Origin: an uncultured virus (IMG/VR IMGVR_UViG_3300020048_000102)
Lineage: Duplodnaviria; Heunggongvirae; Uroviricota; Caudoviricetes
IMG/VR virus record: IMGVR_UViG_3300020048_000102
Direction: 5' to 3' (one strand)
Length of the DNA stretch: 64,000 bases
Below the pieces are notes generated by a model. It was not told where the DNA came from. It did not search any database and saw nothing but the letters and a program-made list of their open reading frames with translations. Position 1 is the stretch's first letter. Each line of letters starts with the position of its first letter. Both the position numbers and the translations under genes were made by a program. This document shows positions 27,502 through 37,257 of this stretch, in pieces.

Positions 27502-27624
27502 TTAATAGATAAAAGGGTCTTCTTTTTTCATCTTACGCAAACGTTTACGATACTTTATCTCACGAACAACACGTCGAATCGTGCGTTCCATTAAAATCTC
27601 ATAAAACATTCGTAGTTTTCTCAT
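27502..27624 (-). CDS. Small basic protein (40 aa) upstream of the carbamoyltransferase
   Basis: Manual translation MRKLRMFYEILMERTIRRVVREIKYRKRLRKMKKEDPFIY; TGATG-coupled to the upstream gene and fills the gap exactly. Confidence 0.6.
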   Translation of the reverse strand: MRKLRMFYEILMERTIRRVVREIKYRKRLRKMKKEDPFIY

Positions 27625-28433
27625 CATAGTCTCGGTATTATACACGGATAAAGTAAACCATCTGATATCAGACAGTCAAGTTCTTGTTGATTAGTGACCT
27701 GTTTTAATACACCACGCTTGAAGTTATCATAACTTAGATGTGACGTATCTCCAGTATTAATAATATTATAAATTGAATCAGCCATGGTATTTAGATTCTG
27801 AATCACCATGTGATTCATTCTAACGTCCCACTTTATGTATTTACAAAAACTATCATATGTGACGCCGTCGACAAACTCATTCATTGAAATTTTATTAATA
27901 TCAATATCTGGCATTAATAAATTTTCCGCTTTGTTCATTGGAATCATTGATGATTCCGGTCTAGTGCCGTTAATAAGAACAATCACTCGATTACTAGGTT
28001 CGAACTGAGCAAAATTATTGATAGCATGAATATAACATTCTTTGTTTAAAACCGATCCGCTATGATTAAAGTTGCGTAAGTACCATTTAATATAATTTTT
28101 GTTTTCTATGTACCAAATGTTATTGGGATCATTCATATCGACAAATTGATCATTGGTATGATACCAGGTAGCCGCCGTCCCGGGATGCTCATTCTGTATC
28201 TCAAAATCTAAACGTCCTATCGCACTAAGTAACACTATTACAACACTATCAGTTATATTTTCATTAAGGGCGCATTTTTGAAATTGTCGCATCGAGTGTT
28301 CCGAACTACTACCAGGAACTCCATAGTTTACACACTCGATATTTAATTTGTTCGCTAATAACTTTGCCCAGCCTGGACCAGTATCATTCCATTGTGCAAC
28401 ATAACTATCACCAAAGACATACATTTTTTTCAT
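27624..28433 (-). CDS. SGNH/GDSL hydrolase-like protein (acyl-esterase/transferase)
   Basis: Block I VFGDSY, block II NYGVPGSS, C-terminal DVRMNH. Confidence 0.65.
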   Translation of the reverse strand: MKKMYVFGDSYVAQWNDTGPGWAKLLANKLNIECVNYGVPGSSSEHSMRQFQKCALNENITDSVVIVLLSAIGRLDFEIQNEHPGTAATWYHTNDQFVDMNDPNNIWYIENKNYIKWYLRNFNHSGSVLNKECYIHAINNFAQFEPSNRVIVLINGTRPESSMIPMNKAENLLMPDIDINKISMNEFVDGVTYDSFCKYIKWDVRMNHMVIQNLNTMADSIYNIINTGDTSHLSYDNFKRGVLKQVTNQQELDCLISDGLLYPCIIPRL

Positions 28434-29524
28434 ATTTTTTTCACCGGAATAGTTCTAGATACGATTCTTACATTGATATTATCTTCGATGTATCGGTCGG
28501 TCGGTTCAAATATTTTAACTTTAGTGATTTGAACATCTGTGCCACAATGACATATGTTCTGAAAACATATTACCGCACTACTTGGCAATTCATGATTTTC
28601 ATGATCATTGATATGAAATAACTGCCCGCCTTCAAAGCAATTCGCTCGTCTGACTAGTCCATCATAATGAATGAACAGACTTTCGATTCCAATATTACAT
28701 GCCCATCCACGAAAATCGGTAGATTTTTTATTTTTTAGGTCAGTAGACGATCCAGCAGTGATGCTTGATCCGTCGTTATAAAAGTATGTAGATGGATTAC
28801 CGAGCTGCTTCCATTTGGGGTTGTTGAAAATAGTCGATTTTCTAACGTCGATGTATTTTGGCTTAGACTCTAGAATCCACTGTTCTTGGTCTGACGTGTA
28901 ACCATTTCCGACTTTGTCTGCCCCACTCATTTCCGTTAAAATTCTAACTGGCTCCACTGAAATGTTATTGTCATCGTAACATTTGTTAAACATTTCTACT
29001 GATTTATTCCAGTGTCGATCATCCATCATCACTCGCACAGTCACCGGACAATGTTTTGCACATTCCATTACTTTTTCAAAAAATGCGGGGTCTTCAAAAC
29101 TCGGATGATAACTAAAACAAATGTAACTCAAGTACGGCGCCACCTCGCTCCAATACTTGACTGTTCGTGCAGCATTACTGGTGACGCCAACCGCGTGACC
29201 ACGTTCACTGAACATTTTCACTAACTCAGGAAAAAATGGACTTAGTGTAGGTTCTCCTCCACTTATGGCCAAATGTATCTTTTTATGGCGATTCATCAAT
29301 CTTTCTGAGAATGACTTAGCATGATGCCACTCGTAATGATGATTTTGTCCCATGTGTAGATCGGGAGGACAGTAATCACAATGATTAGTGCAGATATTAT
29401 TTAATACCCACGTTATCGTAAAAATGTCATTTTCCTGTTTGATACGAATTAATTTTTTGTCCGACATATATTTCCTAGGTGAATGTAATCGATTTAATTT
29501 GTGTTTGATCGTTCTAAAGTTCAA
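28430..29524 (-). CDS. Radical SAM enzyme with C-terminal SPASM/twitch-like cysteines
   Basis: CTNHCDYC, SGGEPT, TSN, SYHP; WACNIG...ANC...CFQNICHC. Confidence 0.9.
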   Translation of the reverse strand: MNFRTIKHKLNRLHSPRKYMSDKKLIRIKQENDIFTITWVLNNICTNHCDYCPPDLHMGQNHHYEWHHAKSFSERLMNRHKKIHLAISGGEPTLSPFFPELVKMFSERGHAVGVTSNAARTVKYWSEVAPYLSYICFSYHPSFEDPAFFEKVMECAKHCPVTVRVMMDDRHWNKSVEMFNKCYDDNNISVEPVRILTEMSGADKVGNGYTSDQEQWILESKPKYIDVRKSTIFNNPKWKQLGNPSTYFYNDGSSITAGSSTDLKNKKSTDFRGWACNIGIESLFIHYDGLVRRANCFEGGQLFHINDHENHELPSSAVICFQNICHCGTDVQITKVKIFEPTDRYIEDNINVRIVSRTIPVKKI

Positions 29525-30585
29525 GAAATACTATTTACTATTTTGATGCTCTTGATACTATCAAACTTACTCCAAATCTCACGATTCCATTCATCCTGTT
29601 CTTCACGTGACAGTGCCAATGGAATCAGGTGGGTTATTGAATCTATTCTATATCTAGACATCTTAGCGATCGGAATAAATCCCAATGCGAATTTTTCAAG
29701 TTTCATTTTTGGGTCATGTAACTCTGAGATGTTGTTCTCTGTCCACCATTTGTAAAATTCTATTCGTGACTGTAGTGTTATACATGGCGTAAAAAAGTTC
29801 ATGTATATTTCTGCGGCAAATCGTTGTTGTGGTCGCACTGCACCACGTCTTACTACGTCGATATCGTTATCGCACATTGTAGATGACCAGTGTTTTCCAA
29901 GTGTATTGTAGCCAAGATAAGCTAGTCCCCATTCTTGTTCAGGAGTAAATAAAAAGTAATCTTCTGGTTTAAGGTCGTTGTGTAATTCAGCGGGCATAAA
30001 GTCTGTTAAACATGAACATGGTATATTGATCTTATTCTGTTCTGCCCTGTAAATTGCCTCAAAATTATGTATTTGTTCGTTCAGTAACAAAAAACACTCG
30101 TGAGTTATTTTATCATGAGTTTGGCCGGGCCAAAAATCATCGAATTCCTCATGAATCTCTGGTTTGTCGAAATATTTCTTGTTTAATAAACTTTCCAATC
30201 GATTGCCGTAAATTTCATATTCTTCGTGTAAGTCGTTAAGAATATGAGGATTTTCTTTTAGGTACTCTACGGATACTATGTCAGAGAGTTTTCTATCATA
30301 GTGACTATTGATATATGAAATATTTTCTTTGAACTCGTTAAATAACTCTTGTATGTCACTCTCAGTGTACATCTTATGATAGTCATATCGTAATTTATTG
30401 TTTCTCTGATTGTTTTCGTTGATCAAATTTATCCAACGGTCGACGATATCAATATCATAAAGAACGTAGGTCATGACCAACTCTTGTTGAGTTGATGAGT
30501 TTACCACAGTGATTTCTAACCATGAAGTTTGTTTGAATATCTTAAAGTATGGCCATATTGGATTTTTTTTCGTTTTTTGCGCCAT
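29521..30585 (-). CDS. Hypothetical protein of the radical-SAM cluster
   Basis: 354 aa, translationally coupled to neighbours; LNDLHEEYE, LNEQIHNFE, YLGYNTLGKHW segments. Confidence 0.7.
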   Translation of the reverse strand: MAQKTKKNPIWPYFKIFKQTSWLEITVVNSSTQQELVMTYVLYDIDIVDRWINLINENNQRNNKLRYDYHKMYTESDIQELFNEFKENISYINSHYDRKLSDIVSVEYLKENPHILNDLHEEYEIYGNRLESLLNKKYFDKPEIHEEFDDFWPGQTHDKITHECFLLLNEQIHNFEAIYRAEQNKINIPCSCLTDFMPAELHNDLKPEDYFLFTPEQEWGLAYLGYNTLGKHWSSTMCDNDIDVVRRGAVRPQQRFAAEIYMNFFTPCITLQSRIEFYKWWTENNISELHDPKMKLEKFALGFIPIAKMSRYRIDSITHLIPLALSREEQDEWNREIWSKFDSIKSIKIVNSIS

Positions 30586-30588
30586 GAA

Positions 30589-31854
30589 TTACTCCATCAA
30601 TAGTTTGTAATATTCACTGTATACGTCTCGAAACTTTATCTGTCTGATACTATCAAGCTTATCAATGTAGTCCAGTAGTTCTGGGAATAATTTACTCTCG
30701 TCTGCGCTCATCATAAATTCAAGTTGAGGAAGAATTCTAGTCTTGTAGAGTCTATGTTCAGTCAACTCGGAAAAACTATTCCAGTGTTTTATAATTTCTT
30801 GTTTGATATCAGACGGTAATGATTTTGTACTCATGTATCTTGGCCAATGTACTGTACCCACTGAGATCATCTTGTCACCTCGAATGCATATCTTTTTCCA
30901 TTCTGAATTAATCAAACTCAAAATAAATTCAGGCAAATGATATATGTTCATAGCGTGTACCGATGTAAGAATGTTAACTACAATGTTATTATCTGTGGCA
31001 TCTAGTCTGTCTAGATTCTTTTTAATAACAGACCACTTTGCCGGATATCTAACATACTCGTTACGATCACCCCAATCATCTATACTAATCATAAGTTCAA
31101 CTTGTTTGAACTGTGACCATAGTGAGATTATTTCTTCATTGAGCTGAGTTCCGTTAGTATGATATCGTAGTTCTATTTCTTTACTACGTCCGCTTTCTAC
31201 CAGACGACGAATAAATCTATCGTGTTCTTTTATTAACAGCGGCTCGCCACCACCGAAAATAATATGTTTAATATCATTGATAAACGTATCAAGACTATTT
31301 TGAGTTTCAAGTCTCTCGAACCAATCAAAAACGTCTGTGTTTGCAATAGAGGTTGACTTGTATTGCCAATCTGTCTTTGCTCCGGGTTCAACTAAGATTT
31401 CAGCTAGTTTTTTACTGTCGCTTAACCACTTACTCGAATCTCGCGGTCTACACATCACACACTGTAAGTTACACACATTTGATAATCTTAAATCAAGTGT
31501 AATCGGGCTATGGTCAACTGTGCCGTCTTCGTGAGTTGACTTGATTAAGTTCTCTAAGAACTCTGTGCCCAGTCGTTTTTCCCACATGTGATTTTCAACA
31601 ATTCTATGACTATTGATTCCACTTGCTTCTTCTCGCCAACAATTGTTACACTGAGATATTTGTTCGCCCGCAATGAACTTAAGTCTTGCTCGCTTAAACT
31701 GTTCCGAGTTCCATATCTGAATCGGCGTATGAGTGTTTAAATTAATTCCGAGTTCTGGTGTCGCCACACAACATAGCGGCACACTACCATCGTTGTAACT
31801 GGCTAAGTGTATCCAGGGTTGTATACAAAAGTTTTTCTTTGAGTTTAACGGCAT
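30589..31854 (-). CDS. Radical SAM enzyme with N-terminal twitch/SPASM-like domain
   Basis: FCIQPW...PLCC...CNNCW, then CNLQCVMC, GGGEPL, TNGT, SIDD, YVRYP. Confidence 0.9.
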   Translation of the reverse strand: MPLNSKKNFCIQPWIHLASYNDGSVPLCCVATPELGINLNTHTPIQIWNSEQFKRARLKFIAGEQISQCNNCWREEASGINSHRIVENHMWEKRLGTEFLENLIKSTHEDGTVDHSPITLDLRLSNVCNLQCVMCRPRDSSKWLSDSKKLAEILVEPGAKTDWQYKSTSIANTDVFDWFERLETQNSLDTFINDIKHIIFGGGEPLLIKEHDRFIRRLVESGRSKEIELRYHTNGTQLNEEIISLWSQFKQVELMISIDDWGDRNEYVRYPAKWSVIKKNLDRLDATDNNIVVNILTSVHAMNIYHLPEFILSLINSEWKKICIRGDKMISVGTVHWPRYMSTKSLPSDIKQEIIKHWNSFSELTEHRLYKTRILPQLEFMMSADESKLFPELLDYIDKLDSIRQIKFRDVYSEYYKLLME

Positions 31855-33131
31855 AGGTCCGCCAATCGTGAATCGATATCACTGATAGATTGTCCACGTT
31901 CCTTGTCCAGAGCATTTGTATATACCTTAAAGCGTTGTATTTGTTCTGCCCAATCATCTATTTGTGGTTGTTGCAGTAAGCCGATAATTCCCGTTAATGA
32001 ATTGATTGTTTGCGATGAGTGTACATCGCTGTTGTATTCCAAAATCATTTTTAGTGCAGACTTGCGCATATCATCATCTAAAATTCTAACAGATAAATGA
32101 TGTGGGTGATGATTGACCAAGAAGTCGATAAAGATTTGTTTATCGTATTTTGTATTCAATTGTTTGACCCACTCTAATATGTTAACTATATCAAATACGT
32201 TGTATACTTGAATAGTGGGCGTGATGCCAAGATTAATGTTTGGCAACTGAGCCAACTTCTCAATGTTCTCACTAATAAGTTTCCAATCTGACGGCGCTCG
32301 TATATACTCATTGACAATACCAATACCGTCCATTGATGCATTGATATTAACTTGTTTAAATTGAGAAATCAAGTCCAAGAACTTTTTGTTTATGTTCGTA
32401 CAGTTGGTGTTAAAAAATAACACAATATCTGTATGGCCTTGATCAATACATGCTTGCATAAATTTAAAGTTGTTTTTGATGAGTGTTGGTTCGCCACCGG
32501 TCATATACACTTTCTTGAGCGTAGGGATTAACGAGATCACTTGATCCCATAAGATATCATGATCAAACCATTGTTGCTCGTTCATCACTGTGACGGGGAA
32601 TTTACCAAATGTTTTTTGCCATACTTCGCCATACTCCGGTGAGTTCGCAACTAAATCTGTGTGCTCTTTTACAATCTGACTGGAATTCCACGGATTACAC
32701 ATACGACATTTAAGATTACAAAGATTTCCTAATCTAAGGTCCAAATACACTGGGCTACTATCTAAGTGTCCATTATTATCAATTGCCTCTTCTAGTAATC
32801 GATTGATCGCGTCATCACCCAATCTCCACGCCCACTCTCTATTAGCGTGTTGACGATTACTTGAACGACCAGTAGCTTCTTGTTGATAACATACGTCACA
32901 TCCCTGAATTTTGTTACCCTCTATCATGTTGATACGAATTGTTTTCATGTTCTCGCTGTTCCAAGCGTCATGAATAAAGTCGTCTTTACAAGTGTAAAAT
33001 GTGCTGTCTGGTTTCTTTAATTTGTTATGTACGCCATGAACCATACAACAATATCTGATAGTTGTATCTGTATTGACCATGATACTAACGAATGGTACCG
33101 CACAAATACTTTTATTATCGCTATCAATCAT
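31845..33131 (-). CDS. Radical SAM enzyme with N-terminal twitch/SPASM-like domain (paralogue)
   Basis: ICAVPF...YCC...CDVCY, then CNLKCRMC, TGGEPT, NTNCT, SMDG, YIRAP. Confidence 0.9.
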   Translation of the reverse strand: MIDSDNKSICAVPFVSIMVNTDTTIRYCCMVHGVHNKLKKPDSTFYTCKDDFIHDAWNSENMKTIRINMIEGNKIQGCDVCYQQEATGRSSNRQHANREWAWRLGDDAINRLLEEAIDNNGHLDSSPVYLDLRLGNLCNLKCRMCNPWNSSQIVKEHTDLVANSPEYGEVWQKTFGKFPVTVMNEQQWFDHDILWDQVISLIPTLKKVYMTGGEPTLIKNNFKFMQACIDQGHTDIVLFFNTNCTNINKKFLDLISQFKQVNINASMDGIGIVNEYIRAPSDWKLISENIEKLAQLPNINLGITPTIQVYNVFDIVNILEWVKQLNTKYDKQIFIDFLVNHHPHHLSVRILDDDMRKSALKMILEYNSDVHSSQTINSLTGIIGLLQQPQIDDWAEQIQRFKVYTNALDKERGQSISDIDSRLADLCR

Positions 33132-34069
33132 TAAATTTCTCTTAATTCAGACATAACTTGACGTTCAGTAACAGTAGGACCACGATTATGCCAGCCGCGG
33201 CTGATGTAGTTCTTGAAAAATCTGCTCTGACGCTCATCGATGTGTACAATACCAGTGCCTAGGTATTGATTCAGTTCGCCTGCTATCTGTCCACATACGG
33301 TCTCGTCGTCGTTCTGGTGTAGCTCCCAGAGTTTATCCAGTTTGTCGAAATCTCTGACATCGGTATGATCCCAATCACGCAGCATTAGATAGTGTGTGCC
33401 TAGACGGGCGCCTAGAATCGCCCAGAAACCCAGTTCTACATCGCGACCGATTGTTTGCCAGATAGTCAGATTTTGTAGATTACGTGGCCAGACCCATGCC
33501 TGAAATTGTTCTCGACTGGGCGAGACCACTCCGTTACGGGTACACATTTTGACACCTTCACGAAATCCAGCACGCCATGCTTGTTTAGCACTGCCGTTGG
33601 GGTACGTTGTTGAGTAACAGTCATGCATGGGGGTGTACAGTGGATCGAAACAAAATTCAATATTGGTTTCTGCTCTGCCATCTGTATTCTCATGAGTACG
33701 CATGTTGTTAACAAATGTACGTGTCCAACTAGACATGCCGCCGTTGCCGTAGTATAGGCCATTGATGTTGTTTCGTGCGCGCCAGCGAAATTGAGCGTGG
33801 CGATTCGCCTCTGTAATCTCTAGAGTCAAATCAAAAAACTTAGGATCTGGTAGATTGTCGCCGTCGATTAGTATGAATCGTTCAGTCTCACTCATGGCAG
33901 CCGCGGCTTTATGAGCAGCATCACTACCGTGTACGCCGTCTACTCTACGGGCCCAGGGCACCATATTTTTTATTTTTACCCAAAATTCTTCTTTTTGAGG
34001 TTCATCATAGCTAAGGTAAATTACGTCTAGGTCAGCTACATCGATTCGTTCAATGATATCATTATTCAT
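33131..34069 (-). CDS. Glycosyltransferase-like protein (GT-A)
   Basis: LSYDEP, RVDGVHGSDAAH, DxD motif IDGDN, YGNGG, AWRAGFREGVK. Confidence 0.65.
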   Translation of the reverse strand: MNNDIIERIDVADLDVIYLSYDEPQKEEFWVKIKNMVPWARRVDGVHGSDAAHKAAAAMSETERFILIDGDNLPDPKFFDLTLEITEANRHAQFRWRARNNINGLYYGNGGMSSWTRTFVNNMRTHENTDGRAETNIEFCFDPLYTPMHDCYSTTYPNGSAKQAWRAGFREGVKMCTRNGVVSPSREQFQAWVWPRNLQNLTIWQTIGRDVELGFWAILGARLGTHYLMLRDWDHTDVRDFDKLDKLWELHQNDDETVCGQIAGELNQYLGTGIVHIDERQSRFFKNYISRGWHNRGPTVTERQVMSELREI

Positions 34070-34080
34070 AGTGATAATAT

Positions 34081-34389
34081 TTATTCCTCGCTACGATAGT
34101 CCCATAAAATATGTGAACTAGATTCAGTTAATATGGTTATGTCTGATGGGTCACACTTCACACTATTGGGTGTTGCACTATCAACTTGAACGTATCTACT
34201 GGTTCCACTATCGCTCAATGATACGATTCTACCGTGACGAACAACGATATCATATCTACCTTGTTCGAAAGTTTGATGATCGACCGATATGTACTCACCT
34301 GACAGATCTTCCATTGAATAGAACTTGGGACTTCCATCACTGTTGTAGTAAAGTCGATATTTACTATCTTTTACTGAGTTGCTTGTCAT
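34081..34389 (-). CDS. Hypothetical protein
   Basis: 102-aa ORF overlapping the end of the upstream GT-like gene. Confidence 0.65.
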   Translation of the reverse strand: MTSNSVKDSKYRLYYNSDGSPKFYSMEDLSGEYISVDHQTFEQGRYDIVVRHGRIVSLSDSGTSRYVQVDSATPNSVKCDPSDITILTESSSHILWDYRSEE

Positions 34390-35182
34390 AAATTGGCTCT
34401 AATTGTAATGCTAGTTCTTTTACATAATAGTGAACTGGATACAGTTGACTTAACGTGTTTATTCTAAAATCTGAACCTACTAATTCCCAGATCAATTCAT
34501 CAGTCCATGTTTCTATTGTACCATTGATTTTAGATTTCATATGAATCCACTGTATGACATTTGTTGGTAATATTGTATTTTCTAGTCCTAAAATACTACA
34601 CGCAATAGCATACACGGTGTCAGTGTCTGGCTCTGTTAGGGGACTGCTAGCATGTAAATTGTTATTGATGTCGTTCCAGTTATTAAAAATTGTTTTGACT
34701 AATTTAAAAAACTCTGTAGATAATAATGATTTTCTAAAGTAAGTTATTCCGTTGTAAACATCCGGTAAATAATTTTTATCTAGAGTTTGACGATAATATC
34801 TAGATGTTGCCAATTGTTGTAGATAATTTCTTGTGCCTGTAGAAACTACCAAGTCTCGTTCTTGGCATGTTTCCCACCACGAGTCAAGATTTCTTGTTAC
34901 GATGACATCTGATTCTATTTTAAATGTTTTATCATATGGACTAAGATCATAAACTTGCCAGTCATTGTTAAATTTTCCGTATTGATTCGATTCATCTGAT
35001 TTTAATAACTCAATCGAGTCAAATATCTCCAACCCAATACCATTTGTACTATCAGTGATCAATGTTATTGGTCTAGCATCACCGGTTAATCGTATGCTTT
35101 TTGCTAATACCCTAGCACATGTTACATAATCAGTTGAATCTTTATTTTGAGCTACAATTACATATCCCTCAGTCGAGTTCAT
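34364..35182 (-). CDS. Glycosyltransferase-like protein (GT8-like)
   Basis: YVTCARVLAKSI, SPYDKTFKIESD, VYNGITYF, DTDTVYA, IHMK; paralogue of the next gene. Confidence 0.6.
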   Translation of the reverse strand: MNSTEGYVIVAQNKDSTDYVTCARVLAKSIRLTGDARPITLITDSTNGIGLEIFDSIELLKSDESNQYGKFNNDWQVYDLSPYDKTFKIESDVIVTRNLDSWWETCQERDLVVSTGTRNYLQQLATSRYYRQTLDKNYLPDVYNGITYFRKSLLSTEFFKLVKTIFNNWNDINNNLHASSPLTEPDTDTVYAIACSILGLENTILPTNVIQWIHMKSKINGTIETWTDELIWELVGSDFRINTLSQLYPVHYYVKELALQLEPIYDKQLSKR

Positions 35183-35966
35183 TTATTATTCGCTCTAGAG
35201 CGTCCTTGTTCAATATGTGTAGATCTTGATCTACTGTAGTTATTCTGTAACGTCGACGTTCTTGTTCAACTATTTTATCAAAAGATATCGTCCACGTGCG
35301 GTCGATTAGTTCAATATCAGTTTCAAACTCTACATTTGTCAGTGACCATGGTATCTGTATTTCAGAACTATCAACATGACCTAACACGGTATTGACAGCA
35401 ATACTCAGTGCATAATCATTACGATACGGCTGAGTTCTGAACCCGTAAATCTTGCTGTAGTGTACATAGTTTTCTTGAATCATCGCTACCATGTCGAATA
35501 TTGACTCTGCTACCGATGAACGTCTAAAATAAACTACCGTTGCCCATAACATGTCATAATTTTTTCCATATTGCTCGACCGTAGTTTCTGATCTAGCACC
35601 TAAATATCTTCTAGTACGATGACATAAAAAATCTTTATCTATATCAAACAGTTTTAATAGTTGATCACTGTTACATATGTAGTCAGTATCTAACAGTATT
35701 GTTTCATCATAGGGACTTAATCGATACGCCTGATATCTATTGAAGTTGTTCCAACTTTCTGTTTTTCCGGAGATACTTCGCTGTTGGGGAACCGAATGGT
35801 CGGTAACAATAATTTCATCGAATAGTGATTCGTCCACTCGACCGTTGGTAACCACCGATACTGGTAGATTTAAATGTAGTCGTATTTGTTTAGCACAATA
35901 ATTGGCCATGGTAACATATGATCGTTGTTCAGTATTGATAGCAAATAATAATATTCCGCGGGACAT
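35169..35966 (-). CDS. Glycosyltransferase-like protein (GT8-like)
   Basis: SPYDETILLDTDY (DxD), WATVVYF, YRNDYALSIA, HILNK. Confidence 0.65.
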   Translation of the reverse strand: MSRGILLFAINTEQRSYVTMANYCAKQIRLHLNLPVSVVTNGRVDESLFDEIIVTDHSVPQQRSISGKTESWNNFNRYQAYRLSPYDETILLDTDYICNSDQLLKLFDIDKDFLCHRTRRYLGARSETTVEQYGKNYDMLWATVVYFRRSSVAESIFDMVAMIQENYVHYSKIYGFRTQPYRNDYALSIAVNTVLGHVDSSEIQIPWSLTNVEFETDIELIDRTWTISFDKIVEQERRRYRITTVDQDLHILNKDALERIINELD

Positions 35967-35968
35967 TG

Positions 35969-36274
35969 TTATCTCTGACGATTAATTTTTTCATTGTCAT
36001 CGTACCACTCCATCATAATAGTAGAGTACACTGTACGTGATTGCTCAAGCAATTGTAGGCGGTCAACTAAACATGGATTTTCATAGATATCAATTAAAAC
36101 TACTTGTTTGTCATCAACTGATGATAAAAATGCTATGAGTTCTGGAGTAACACGCCATGTTCCTCCGTTCATAGTTACCAATAGTCGTGCCTGATATTTT
36201 TCTCGTAAGTTTTGACGAGCCAGTGAGTGTAAATATTTTGCTCGACTGGTTTGTTTTATCTGTTCAGTATTCAT
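35969..36274 (-). CDS. Hypothetical protein
   Basis: 101-aa ORF with CTAAGTA 5 nt upstream of the ATG. Confidence 0.7.
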   Translation of the reverse strand: MNTEQIKQTSRAKYLHSLARQNLREKYQARLLVTMNGGTWRVTPELIAFLSSVDDKQVVLIDIYENPCLVDRLQLLEQSRTVYSTIMMEWYDDNEKINRQR

Positions 36275-36312
36275 AATACTACTTAGCGTGGTGATGTTAC
36301 TAAACTAAAATT

Positions 36313-37242
36313 TTACGCTGGTGCTGTGACCGCTACAGTAGGTGTTCCCCAACTGTTGACCAAGTTAGTAGTAGATGGTTGACGTGCCACTGCAGTAACA
36401 GTTAAGTTGCCATTTACCAAGTCTGATGGTGTTCCACTTTCAGTGTCGTTGAATCTAACTGTTATCGTTATCACACTACCGCTCGCGCTGTAAAGTAACT
36501 CTATGTTATCGTTTGTGTAGACACTTTCATTACTAAACTGTCTGAAGTACAGTGTTGGAGTACTAGTCAGTTGATAGTAACCATTTCTAACATAAATTGT
36601 TGGTGCGCTTCCGCCACCACCTATCTTTGTAAGACCAGTAAAACTTGTTCCAGCTATTGTTTGTGAAGTGCTCGTTGCAGGAAGTCCCAGTGTTCCTATG
36701 TTTGAACATAGATTTGTCCATGCTGTGTTAGCGGGCAGAACAGTTCCGCCACTACGACTACAACTTATTCTAATAGTTCCGCCGGCATTAAAAAAGTATC
36801 TTAGTGAGTTAGCGTTTGCAAATGTAACAGTTACAGTACTGTTAACTTGGGTAATTCCCACAGCGGGTCCCCACTGAGTAGTTCTAGTTCCACTATTAGT
36901 AATATCAGAACCTACTGCGGTAGCGTTTAAACGATTAGTATTTACAGTTGATAAGTTTGTTGATAGCGCACTTAAAAATAATATTTTGTTACCCGTAGAT
37001 ACTGGAGTAATAGCAGTAATGGTACTACCTTGATGAGAGGCCATACTGTTGATAGCACTAATAAGTCCGGACCAGGGACTGGCAAGAACTTTGACTCCTG
37101 CCGTAACTGTTGTAAGCGCAGTCTGACCGTATCCACTATCTCCGCTACCGGTCGACCAGATATTGTTGACGTTTGGGGTATTAGTACTAGCGAACCCGTT
37201 GTAATCTGTTGCCTGTACTTTACCGCCGACTGAATATGTCAT
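36313..37242 (-). CDS. Virion structural protein (Thr/Ser/Gly-rich), paralogue 1
   Basis: 309 aa; MTYSVGG..QATDYN, GDSGYGQ, RYFFNAGG shared with 37258..38187. Confidence 0.7.
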   Translation of the reverse strand: MTYSVGGKVQATDYNGFASTNTPNVNNIWSTGSGDSGYGQTALTTVTAGVKVLASPWSGLISAINSMASHQGSTITAITPVSTGNKILFLSALSTNLSTVNTNRLNATAVGSDITNSGTRTTQWGPAVGITQVNSTVTVTFANANSLRYFFNAGGTIRISCSRSGGTVLPANTAWTNLCSNIGTLGLPATSTSQTIAGTSFTGLTKIGGGGSAPTIYVRNGYYQLTSTPTLYFRQFSNESVYTNDNIELLYSASGSVITITVRFNDTESGTPSDLVNGNLTVTAVARQPSTTNLVNSWGTPTVAVTAPA

Positions 37243-37257
37243 GTGTCTGTGTCCCGA

